NCBI GenBank assembly: GCA_951406725.2
Contig: OX597833.1
Location: 28,334,001 to 28,398,000 of the forward strand
DNA from: Octopus vulgaris
Lineage: Eukaryota
Direction: 5' to 3'
Length of the DNA stretch: 64,000 nt
A model generated the notes under the pieces. It was not told the origin of the DNA and did not search any database. It was given only the letters and a program-made list of their open reading frames with translations. This document shows, one piece after another, positions 14,361 through 26,675 of the stretch. Each line of letters starts with the position of its first letter. Position 1 is the stretch's first letter. Position numbers and translations under genes: made by a program.

Positions 14361-14554
14361 TTACATTATATTGGCAGAAACATTTGATTGTTGGACATAA
14401 ATTCTTTGCTGTACAATAATACCCCCTCTTAGAGTTCTCTCATTTAGCACTGATTCCTATTTTTCTTGGAGACAATGTTTCCCATTGGATAATACTACAT
14501 TATAACAACACACAGGACTTGTGGAAATTTTCTGTTTTATAAATTTATTTACTA

Positions 14555-15123
14555 CTAGCAGTATCGCCCGGCGTTGCTCGGGTTTGTAAGGGAAATAACT
14601 ATATAAGCATTTTTAGAGAGTTACTTCCCTTATAGATGCCAATTCGGGCTTTCTTAGCCATTTCTGTTTTGGTGTCTTCAAGCCATGAAGTCGTTGTTCT
14701 AAAAGAACGCTGGTCTCCTTGACTACGCTTTACGACGTTGATTTCCTTACACTCCCTTCCCTACAGCTTCACGAGGGAGGGGAGAAGCAAACAGATGCAG
14801 GTGTGACCATGGACGCCAACTCCGCCGCCATCGACACAAAAAATTATGCATTAAAATGGAATAAAAAATGATGTTAAATTATTTTTAAAATCGTAGACTC
14901 ATCGTAGACGCGCGCTAATACTCAGACGGGCTCGATATGAATCACGACTATAAGATACTCGAATTTGGTTAAACTGCACCGCAAAATGTGGGAGTAGTTA
15001 GGAATCTAAATCGAAGGGGACAGACACTCACACAATTACAGTTTTATATACATAGATTAAGTAGTTAGGAATCTAAATCGAAGGGGACAGACACTCACAC
15101 AATTACAGTTTTATATACATAGA
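14555..15123 (-). mobile_element. Non-autonomous Helitron-like element
   Basis: - strand 5' TC(TATG); 3' hairpin cccgagcaacgccggg followed by CTAG; A|T insertion site; relatively CpG-rich. Confidence 0.7.
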
Positions 15124-15126
15124 TTA
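14993..15126. repeat. Perfect 67-bp tandem duplication
   Basis: agtagttaggaatctaaatcg...ttttatatacatagatta x2. Confidence 0.92.
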
Positions 15127-15639
15127 TTTTGTGACATAAATTTTATATATATCTCCATAAAACTATTTTGTTATGCTAGTGATGTTTATTATAAGCTTAT
15201 GGTAATTAAAGAAAAAAAAAAACTTATTCATTTGTCATATCTTGAAACACCAGGCTATCTTTTATACTGTCTTCTTATTTGAACGTTTCTCAAATTAAAT
15301 GTTCTTCATTCATGTTTTATTGTCATTTTCTGCCCTTCTTTCTCACTTGTTGTCACTTACCATCAGCTCATATCTATTGACATTCCCTTTACTTTCATAG
15401 ATATCTGGGATATTTGTGCTCAGTCATGTTAATTCTTCTTATCTGTTAGTTTTGTCTTAAACTTTGTCTTATTCCTTGTCTTTGTTCTTCTCCCATCTTT
15501 TGCTTGTATTTTACATAAGTGTAAAAATATAACTAAAGATAGCAAAAATGATAAAGTAAAAATGGAATATTTTTCTCACTGTCTTACTATCTGCTGCCCC
15601 TTGAAAGTGAAGATGAAAGCACTTCCTTTGCAAAAAAAA

Positions 15640-15980
15640 AAGTGTTTTTCCTACAAAATTAAATTGAAGAACATAAGAAATTATGATTCATGATTACTCC
15701 TACATACATCCAAATTGTTTGCACTATTTTATACCCATCATAGGGGGAAAACAGCCTGCAACTCAAACTGCCTAAGCAACAAAACCCATATAACATCCGT
15801 ATGTCTGAAGGTGCAAGTGTAGACACCTATGTATCTAAGAAATTTCACTAGGTTCTTCAGAATATCACAGTGTAGCAACTACCCTTCCCAACCTGTCTTC
15901 AATGGAGATGAAACAGGCTTTTCTGGAAAAGAAGGCAATCCTGCCATTTCATCGCTTTAGAAGAAAAGAATGTTCTGGAT
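15640..15980 (+). mobile_element. pogo/Tigger (CENP-B-like DDE) transposase remnant
   Basis: YPSQPVFNGDETG/(frameshift)FWKR at ~15880-15935. Confidence 0.6.
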
Positions 15981-16873
15981 TGAAGATTTATTTTCTGGAC
16001 TCTTTTTTCAAGAGTCAATAAAATAAAAACACCTGTCAAGTACTGGTGTCAATGTAATTAACTGATTTCCTCACCTCAAATTTTTGATTGTGCCTATATT
16101 AGAAATTATTATTATTATTTGCAGTATCATTAGTGTGTTGGACAACATTCTCAGTAGCCTTTCTTCTGGTTCTTTATGTTCAGAGTTCAAATTCCACCAA
16201 GGTTGACTTTGCCTTTCATCTTTTCAGGGTCAATGAAATAAGTACCAGTTGAGCACTAGGATCAATGAAATCAACTTTGCCCTCCCTTCAGAATTTCAGG
16301 CCTTGTGCCTATAATAGAAAGGATTATTGAGTGAGAGAGCAGTGCATGCCATCAAAGTGACACTGGGGTAAAATATACGAAGCCCAGTATACCTATCATG
16401 ACTCTCCGTCTGATAAGGGTACACTACGCACATGCATCACAATCATATGTGTGTAACATAGTGATCTCATATCAAGATAAACAACACATGACCTTGCAGG
16501 GGGTCCCAGTTAGAATTTTCTTCAGGTCGAGTAACCCATCCCACTCAAAAGGTTCCTGAATAAGGGTTGTTTAAGGGTGTTGAACGAAACACCCATGTTT
16601 CCAGAGGTGAATTATTCAAATCCCAAAGAATCCTTCTCAACACATGGCTACTTCTACTCGTAATCAGAGATGCACATATCGTCAGCTACTAAGGGACAGG
16701 CTCAACTGGTTAAGGTCAAACAACTGACAAGCAAATCTGTGGTATTGAGCAGAATATTTGTTGTAGCCCATCTTTTATACCAAGACAAAACAACGTACAT
16801 GATAATACTTCCAATCAGTTAAGATAAGAAGCCATGAGAGCCACTACCTGGTACTGCATCAGGGCATTTATTA

Positions 16874-16907
<34 letters not shown>

Positions 16908-19900
16908 AGCTGTGAGTTGGCAGAATTGTTAGCATATCGAATAAAATGGTTAGCACCATATCTTCTGCCTCTTTACATTTTGAGTTTAGATTTGCCAAGT
17001 TGACGTTGCCTGTCTTCTTGGGGGAGGGGGGTCAGTGAAATAGATACCAGTCATAGAAGGACTGGGGGTTTATGTAATTGACTTACTCCTCCCCTAAAAT
17101 TGCTGGCCTTGTACCAAAATTAGAAAGAATTATTATTGTAAGGTGGCTAGCAAAGTTAGTGGAAATATAGATTAAATACAGTAAATAACTTGCAGTCTTA
17201 TGTCCCTTTACTTTCTAAATTTAAATTCCATCATGTCAGCCTCACCATATTGATGGTTGATAATACATCACCCGAAATATACTGAGTTGATTCATCAACT
17301 GTGATACACCTTCAGCCATCTCCACCCTCAACTGTATGGCCTTGTGCCAATATTAGAAATCCTTGTTGTTATTGCTCATGGGTGTATCCCATAGTCTTTT
17401 TTTAAAACTAACCTTTATTTATTTATTTTTTATATATTTCATTTATTATGTCCACGTGTATTCCGTATTGTATCATCATCTTCAACCTTATCATCTTTAT
17501 TATCATTGTCATAATCTAAGTGTTTTTTTTTTTTCCTTTTTAGATGTCCAAAAATATATTTATCAAAACACCTCAGAAATAGATGTAACTTTTGCATCAC
17601 ACATGCGTGCAAGCAAGATTTCATTCTATGTAGAGAGATATATAGATTTATACTGATACACACACACATACATGTATGTATCTTGAGAGAGAAAGAGAGA
17701 GGTTGGTGGTATCTAATATCCAGACATAGTATTGCTGCCTTATTCTCACCACTGCTGCTGTCACTACTAAGTTATCATGGTTGCTGATGCCCCAGTTTGT
17801 TTTTTTTTGTTTTTTGTTTTTACTTTTTTTCTACAACTTTTCATGGTTTATGAGTTCTTGCTGTATAGAAATAGGCTACTTGTAGGTGCTTCTGGATTGA
17901 GCTGTTAGTGATGATGATAATGATGGGTGATGTAAGTGATGTTTGGTCATATGTTGTTGTGGTGGTTGGTCATGATGGAGGTGGTGGTAGTAATGGGTGG
18001 TGTGTTACTGGTGACTATAGTCATGATTGATGTCAATGGCTGGTTGTGTGGTGTTGGTACTGATGTTTATAGTGTTGTTGGTAGTGACTGTGATATTAAT
18101 TAATCATGAGTCATACTATTTACTAGCACTGGGTGTTGGTAATAGTGGTGTTGGCAACAACAGAATTTCCCAAAATCAGTTCCAAACAACTCCAGTGTTC
18201 TGTGAAAAAATTCTGGTGTTTCATGAGATAAGATGTTGTTTGATAAAAACAATATTTAAAAAAAAGATGCTCTTCACTAAAAGATTATTTTTTTTCTTGA
18301 TATTAATAAATTCTCATTCTAAAACAATTTTTGTTTCATTTAATGTCTTATTAAAATTATGGTGGTAGGAGTTGCATGCAAAATGTATAGATGGATTCTG
18401 AGATAAAAAAACTGTTTAGGAACTACTGCTCTTGAACATAAAGGTTTTTTCACCCCTTTCGATTATCAATATCTTAAATGACAGTCAAGGTGGCAAAATC
18501 ATGAGCACACTAGGCAAAATGCTCAACAGCATTTCATCCATTTTTACATTCTGAGTTCAAATTCCGTTGAGGTTGATAAAATAAGTACCAGTTGAGTACT
18601 GGGGGTCAATGGAATTAACTTAGCCCCTTCCCTAAACTTGCTGGCCTTGTACAAACATTTGAAACCAATATCTTAAATGACAGTCTCAGTCCTTACCCAC
18701 AAACATTCATCAGCTCTTACCCATGGGGGGCCAGGGTTCTGTGAAAAAATTCTGGTGAGACCATAACACTACACAGATACCCTGGAAACAAGCTTTTCAG
18801 ATTTAATCCTTTAGCATTTAAACCAGCTGTATCCAGCCAAAATATTCTACCTGCTTTATGGTCAGATCTTGCCTCTCACACCTACCCTACAATGTCATTC
18901 TAAAAATAATCAAAATTTTGATGGTACAATCATATGATTAATTCAAAGCAATGTGAATAAATAAGCATTACATTTGACAAAATAATCTGAATGCTAAAGG
19001 GTTTGATCTGTAGTCAACTCTTACAGAAGTGAAGTTTAGGGGGTTTTGACTGTGCATACTGCCATGAAACCATATGCACATGAAGCCAACAGGATATACC
19101 TACATACAGTCAATAGACAATACCTACTACACTAGTCATCAGATCATCCCATCATCCCACATTGAGCCATCAAACCATACCCACATAAGCAGATAATACC
19201 CACAACTAGCCATCAGACCACACCTACTTTAACTATCAGACCATACCCATACACACCCATCAGACTACACCTTCACATAGCCATCCTTTGATTAATAAGC
19301 AGCGAGCTGGCAGAATTGTTAGCACACCGAGCAAAATGCTTAGCAGCATTTCATCTATCTGCACATTCTAGGTTCAAATTCCACCAAGGTTGACTTTGCT
19401 TTTCATCCTTTCGGGGCTCAGTAAATTACCAGTTGAACACTGGGGTTGATGTAATCATCTAGCACCCTTCCTCAAAATTACTGGCCTTGTACCTATAGTA
19501 GAAAGGATTATTATTATTATTATTATTATTATTTGTAGTAGTAGTAGTAGTAGTAGTAGTCTTTTATCACAAGCTTTCACAGCACTACCAAGTGCAGCTC
19601 TGTGTGCCTTGAGTATGTGCTGTAGTTTGTTTTGGTGCTGTTATTTTCACTGCATTGAAAGTGCTTTATATAGGATGTGTGCGGTACCTAGTACTATTTT
19701 CCGTTTGTCATATATATATATTCATAAGTCCTGGTGTTTTGGTTGGTCTGGAAGAAGGGGTGTATCCATGATCTTTACAGACTCTCTGTGACTGATGAGA
19801 TTGACATGGGTTTAGAGGTAAGATTACTCACATCAAGCTTTGTGTTGTGCTTCTTGGTAAAATATTAAAACCTACATTAGTTGCAAATAGATCAGCAAGA

Positions 19901-22900
19901 AATGTTTCCCATAGTAGACTAGCATCCTACCCAGAAATATGCTTTTGTCTCTCACCCACTTCACACCACTGAATCAAAAGTTGAGGACTGCCTTTTAAAA
20001 TCTCTTTTGGAATATAGGAGGAGGTGTGTATTTTAATTCCATGTTTTAATGTGCAGCAATCTCCAATTTGTATATTGCTATGTATGGCAGCCCTACACTA
20101 TCACTAAACTTTACACTGTATTTCATTATATTCCATTAAGTTAGCGCAAGAACATTTACAAAAACATTTACATTTTTTGCTTGTGGGCCCCTTTAATTCC
20201 TATTTTATTCTACTAGACTACCATAGTCATTTGAAGTTTTAAAAAGATTCCATTGTATATTTATAATTAAATATTAGGAAATGTACTAAAAAAATTGTTA
20301 GAATATTTTGTATATTGTTGAAGTATAACCAATTTATTGAAAAATAAATTTTAAAAAAAATCTTATATAGACTCCCAAGAACCATGTGAGCCCCTGTTGA
20401 GAACCACTGATTTACATGGTCACTTGATCTGCCAGAAACAGTAGCCAAATTTCCCTCATCTCAACTAACAGCTCAGAAAGAATAGTGAGATGGTCAGGAT
20501 TAATGCCTTTCATCAAGACTACTTAGTCTGTTTGAAGCCTCTATGTGGTTACTCAATTTGATAGCAATGGTAGCCAGACTAAACAACAACTACATTCAGT
20601 ACACTACACTACATTGTACTACGCACTACACTATCCTAAACTTCATATTACACTACAGTATTCTTATAGTTTGACTGCAGCAGTAATCAGCTTCTGTCTT
20701 CTGTCCCCTGAGATCCTAAAACCAAAGTGCCGCATAAAAAGCATTGGTGTGGGTGCAAGTGCCATATAAGAAGCACTGATGCTGGTGCCATGTAAAAAGC
20801 ACCCAATACACCCTGTAAAGTGGTTAGTGTTTGGAAGTGTACTAGCCATAGAAACCAAACCAAAACAGACTATAGAACTGGGTATGGCTTCTTGATCTTG
20901 CCAGTTCCTGTCAAGTCGTCCATCCCATGCTAGAATGGAAAATGGACATTGAATAATATAATGATCCTGTACTCAGGTGATTGTTCCTGGCTTTCGATGA
21001 GATCTGAATTACAAGAAAGAATCTGAACTTAGAATGCAAAGAGTCACAATAAATACTGCAAAGCTTTCTGACTCTAGCAATTCACTCAATTCTCCTACAC
21101 TATACTGCAAAAGTTCACACACACATGCTTGAGCCCACAAGAAAATCTCTGTGTAGTCATTTGACTTGTTAGAAATAGCAGCTAAAGCCTCATAAAACCT
21201 CAACTTCCTATTCAAAAATTTTTAAAGACATGGAGCAATATATTAAAAAAAAACTTATCACAGTTGCAATGAATGTCTTTGTTTCATGCCTGCTCAATCA
21301 GACCTAATCTGAAACTAAACAACACCAATAACACACACTAATTTATTCTTTTCTACTTATTTGTCCAAATTATGCAGGGTTAAGTGTTAACATGACAGTG
21401 TGGAAGCACAATCAGGGTACCATCAGAAAGTACCATTTTTGGTGGTATTAGTGACAAGAGCAAGTGTTGAAAATTTGACAATATACTTAGAAAATTAAGG
21501 CTACAACCTGAATGTACTAAGTTGTAGGTACCTCACCCTGTTGAGGTGTGGTGTCTACACCTTGTCGATTCTGGCAGTACAGCTACTACCCATATATCCC
21601 TCTCTCTCTATCCTTTTTATCAACAACAGCTGTTTGAAAATTATATATATAAAATCTTATAAGCCCTAATTTAAGATCCAAAAGCACAAACCCACTTGTG
21701 TGTGTGTGTGTGTGTGTGTATGCATGCATGCATAACTATGTTCCTTCCTTTTTGAGGCATCACCTTTGCAATCTTCCTGCTTCTCACCCTATTACCATGC
21801 TGTGGCTGTGATGCTTGGGTGTATGGTGGACAAGATAACATGAGCAGGGTATCTGTTTGTGTTGTCAGTCCCTACCCCACCACCTCTTTGTAATTAATTC
21901 TGTACTATAAACTTTGTCTTACCTTTTCACACCTGACATTCATCTGGGCTCTTTTAGTTCAGAAACAGCAGGCTAATAATAATATTTTGTTCTAACATTT
22001 GGCACAAGGCCAGCAATTTGGCTCAACCCCAGTACCCTAATATTTGACTGGTACTTTATTTTATCAACCCAAAAAGAAAGACCTCAGTGGAATTTGAACT
22101 CAAGGCATAAAGACATAAAGGGCCAGAAGAAATGTTGCAAGGCATTAATGATTCCACCAGCTATTAAGACGATTTCTTTATAGGTTAAAAGGGCTAAGAC
22201 ATTGGGGGCAACAGAGTGATGGAATATAGCACAGTGTGGGGTTACATAAAGTAAAAAAGTTAAAAACCCATAGAAATGACAAGGAAAAATTCCCCAATAG
22301 TGGAGATACTAACACAAGTCCAGAAATTTTGGGGTTGGAGCTAGTCATTGACATTGACCCCAATAATTGATTGGTTCTTTATTTTTTTGGCCATGGTGGG
22401 ATGAAAGGCAAAGTTGACTTCATTGAGATTTGAATGCAAAACATAAAGAGTTTGAAGGGTTGGTTAACTGAGTACATCAGTCCCAGAATTTGACTGGTAC
22501 TTTATTTGACTATTGTAGAAATTTTCACTTTGTTGGGTAATCAGCATATGTATGATTTAAACTCGGAATGGTTTTCAAGAAGTTCACTTCAAAACCAAGT
22601 GATCTTGGGTTCAATTCCATTGTGGCATCCTGGGCAAGGTATTATTATTATTATAATATTAATTTTTTGTAGTTATTAAAGAAGACATTATTATTATTAT
22701 TATTATGAGATGATGAGCTTGCACAATTGTTAACTTGCTTAGCAGTGTTTCATTTGTCTTTATGTTCTGAGTTCCAATTCTGCCAAGCTCAGCTTTGCTT
22801 TCATCCTTTCAGGATCGATCAAATAAGTATCAGTGGAACACTAGGGTCAAGTTAATTGGCTTAGCCCCTCCCCCAAACCTGCTGGCCTTGTGTTAAAATT

Positions 22901-22929
22901 TGATACCATTATTATTATAATTATTATTA

Positions 22930-23142
22930 AGGTGGCGAGATGGCAGAAACATTAGCACACTGGGCAAAATGCTTAGTGGCATTTCGCCTGTCTTTACGTT
23001 CTGAGTTCAAATTCCGCCAAGGTCGACTTTGCCTCTCATCCTTTCAGGGTCGATAAATTAAGTACTAGTTGTGTACTGGAGTCAATCTAATTAACTGAAA
23101 ATTCCCCCAAAATTTCGGGCCTTGTACCTAGAGTAGAAAAGA
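22930..23142 (+). mobile_element. tRNA-headed SINE with Nin/Deu-like core and (ATT)n tail (best-preserved copy of the most abundant family here)
   Basis: A box TGGCAGAAacattAG, B box GAGTTCAAATTCC, core gcctctcatcctttcagggtcgataaattaagtac; more than 20 copies in the window. Confidence 0.8.
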
Positions 23143-25409
23143 TTATTATTATCATCATAAAGGTGATAGAACTGCATATTTGGTAAAACAACGAACAAAT
23201 GCTTTACAGTAATTGTTTACACTTTGAGTTGAAATCTCACCAAGGTCAGCTTTGTTTTTCATCCTCCTGGGATTGATAAAATAAAATACCAGTGAAATAC
23301 TGGTGTTGCTGTCATCAACAATGTCTCTCCCTCAAAATTTGTGGCGTAGTGATTATAATTAGGAATCATCATAATAATTGTGGCAGGGTGGCAGAACATG
23401 TAGAGTGGTAGGTAAAATGCCTTGTGTATTTATTCACACTGCTGTGTTCTGAGTTCAAATTTCAACAACGTTGATTTTGTTTTTCATACCTCTAGAGTGG
23501 AAGGGGTTGGTAAAATAAAATACTCATCAAGTATTGAGTGAGTGGGTGGGAGGAAGATCAATTATAACTCCTTGCCCTTAAATTCTGTGGCCTCATGCCA
23601 ATGTTAAAAGCAACAATTATTATTATTATGATAATATCATATAATATTAATATTATTATAACAAATTTTTATTCAATGTTTTGATAACCTCCCTGTGGCA
23701 AATTTGGTTAAAAAATGATACAAACCATCTTTTTATAGTTCAACAGGTATGTTTGACTTTATGATACCCCCACCCCTTCAATCTTCCTGCAGAGTCACCA
23801 AATATAACATTTACAAACTTCTATTTCTTTTTGTTTTTTCTTTTCTTTTTTATTTAGGGGAGCAGGGATTTCTCTTCTTTTATCTCTCCTGTTTCCATGA
23901 TAACAAGGGTGTGGTGGTTCTATAAAATGTTGCATACACATACACACATGTAGATATGTATGCATGCACTCATGTACACATATGTATGCACACAATCATA
24001 CACAAACACATCTACACACACACACATATACTTCCTTATATAAGCACATACACATGTATACATACATACATACACATATTTACTTATATAAGCTCATACA
24101 TGCACATGTATCCATATATATATATATATACACAAGGAATGGTGGTGTGGTAGAATCAGTCGAGTGCTTGGTTATATGTTTGTGCAGCTAGTCTTTACAT
24201 CCTGTTACTTTCCAAGTTCAAATCGTACTTGAGGTTTACTTTGATTTTTATTCCTCCAAAGACAGGAATTAAATAAACACCAGTCACATCCAGGGGTTGA
24301 TTTAAGCAGCTTTGTTCCTTTTCCCCTTTCTCTATAAATGTCTGGCCTTCAGTCTGTGTCAATAATCATTCCTCACATTTGGCTGAATGGTTGGAGCAGT
24401 GAAAAAAAAATGCCTTGTGGTATTTCTTCTGGCTCTTTATAATGTTTTGAGGTCCAATCCCGCTCTGGTCAACTTTGCCTTTCATCTCTCATAGAGCAAT
24501 AAAGTACCAGTCACATACTGAAGTTCAACAGCATTTGCTAACAAAATCCCTTCAAAACTGCTAGCCTTGTAAATATTTGTTGTTGTTAAGGGAAGGGCAG
24601 TATCACAAGAGTATTTGAGAAAATAGTTTCTGGGATTTGCTAATGACCTGCATTCAAATCTGACCAAGGTTGACTGGGGTTGATAAAACAATATCCCAAT
24701 CATCAAGTAATGTGGTTGATTAATCCTTTCATTATCATATTTCTGTTGGACTACAATGCCTTTGTTTCAATTAATTGTGAAAATAATGAAGAATTTAGTA
24801 AAATAACTTCGTTGTTATTTATCTGGTGTTTGGAACATAAACTAACATGAACTTTTGATGGACATTTAATAATTAAGATCATTATAAAACAAGACATTTG
24901 TATCCTAGAACCATGGGCAGTTTCAGGCATGTTGGTAGCAAAAGGATTAAATCATTTACACCCTCTCCTAAAATTATAAAGGCCTTGTGCCTATGTAAAG
25001 CAGCAAGCATGCTGAATCATTAGCGTGCCAGATAAAATGTTTGGTGGCATTTTGTTTGCCTTTACATTCTGAGTTTAAATTCTGCCAAGGTTGACTTTGC
25101 CCTTCATTCTTTCAGAGCTGATGAAATAAGTACCAGTTGTGCACAGGGGTTGATGGAATTGACTTAATCTTCCTCTGAAATTGCTGACCTTGTGTCAAAA
25201 TTTGAAGCCATCATCATTATTATTATTAAATGGGAGGTAGATTGGCAATATTATTACAGCATTGGACAAATGCCAATTGTTATTTGTTTAAGTTGTGTAT
25301 ATTCCATGTTCAAATCTTGCTTTAGTCATGTTTTTCATTTTTCCAGGTTTGATAAAATAAAGTACTAGTCAAACACTGGGGTCGATATAATCAACTGTTC
25401 CTAGTTCTA

Positions 25410-26070
25410 TTATTATTATTTTCCGATAGATTTTCATTTTATTTCATCTTCCGACCGGTCTCAACCAGAGACCTAAGGCACGTATTAAATGGAGAGAAAC
25501 TTCCTGAGAATGTGGGCGGTTGATGTCTACACAATTTTTTGAGTTTCATTTATCGTTGGTTTCTCAGGGATCTGGTCAAAAAGTTTGTCAGTACCTTTCT
25601 TGATCATTCCCAGGGCACCTACAACAACAGGGACGGTTTAGGTTTTTAATTGGCATGTCTTAGATATCTCAATCCCAAGGTCCTTATATTTCAAGAGTTT
25701 TTCAAATTCCTTTGCTGAGATGTTTCTGTCAGTAGGCACTGTCATTTCAATTAATAGGCATGTTTTTTGTCTTAGGTCTTAGATGATGATGTCTAGTTGA
25801 TTATCATATATTTGCCTGTGTGTATGTATCTCATAATCCCATAGGATGGTAACATTCTCTCACTCAGTGACTGGCTTTGGATGGTGTTCATACTAGTTCT
25901 TAGCATGCGGGATATCATAGTGACCTCTTATGCTCCAGTGCAAGTATTGGCCAACTCAGTCATGCCTGATTTTATATTCTTTAAGGAGCAAGGACTGAGC
26001 AACAAGCAACAGTGTGATCAATACTTTCAAGTTTATTATTGCAGAGTCTACCTCATTGTGTGTGACATTA
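25410..26070 (-). mobile_element. R4/Dong-clade (restriction-like endonuclease) retrotransposon 3' fragment
   Basis: NQLDIII*DLRQKTCLLIEMTVPTDRNISAKEFEKLLKYKDLGIEI...VPVVVGALG; ends in (TAA)n. Confidence 0.8.
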
Positions 26071-26632
26071 GCTTGGTAGTTCCAAGTGATGAGACTCTGA
26101 TTTAGGCAGATAGATAGAGAGAAAGAAAGAATACGCTGACAGTGTCCAGCTACCAAATTTCATTCACATTAGATATTAGCTCACTCAAGGCTTTTATGGG
26201 AGATACTTACCCAAGGTGCTATACAAAAGTATTTTGGGTAAGTGTCACTGTGTGTATGTGTGTGTGAGAGAGAAAGAAAGATATATAGTTGCATTCCTTT
26301 ATGCCAAAACGTAAAACTAAGCTGTATGATAAAGAGGGATTGATAAAATATAAGTACTAGGCTGAAATAAGTCCTTGGGTCAAATATCTAAATCTTTTCA
26401 ATATAGTGCCCTGAAATGATTGCAGTCCAATAGCTGAAACCAGTTAAAGTCTATCCCCACCCCTATGCATACACCATATATGCACACACACACACATTTT
26501 GTTTTTATGTTCAATTATAAAAACAATTTTATATTAATTTGATAGATTATTCCATGCTTTTGCAGAATACAAATTTATTATTCTTCTACAAGAACATTAT
26601 TGTCAGTGACTTCAATGTTTTGGCCAGCTAAA

Positions 26633-26675
<43 letters not shown>

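Noticed and set aside
19781-19817. Candidate 37-bp exon (tttacag|...gag|gtaaga) with phase compatible with exon 34934
   Set aside because: Peptide LSVTDEIDMGLE does not resemble the missing kinesin segment and abuts a LINE remnant.
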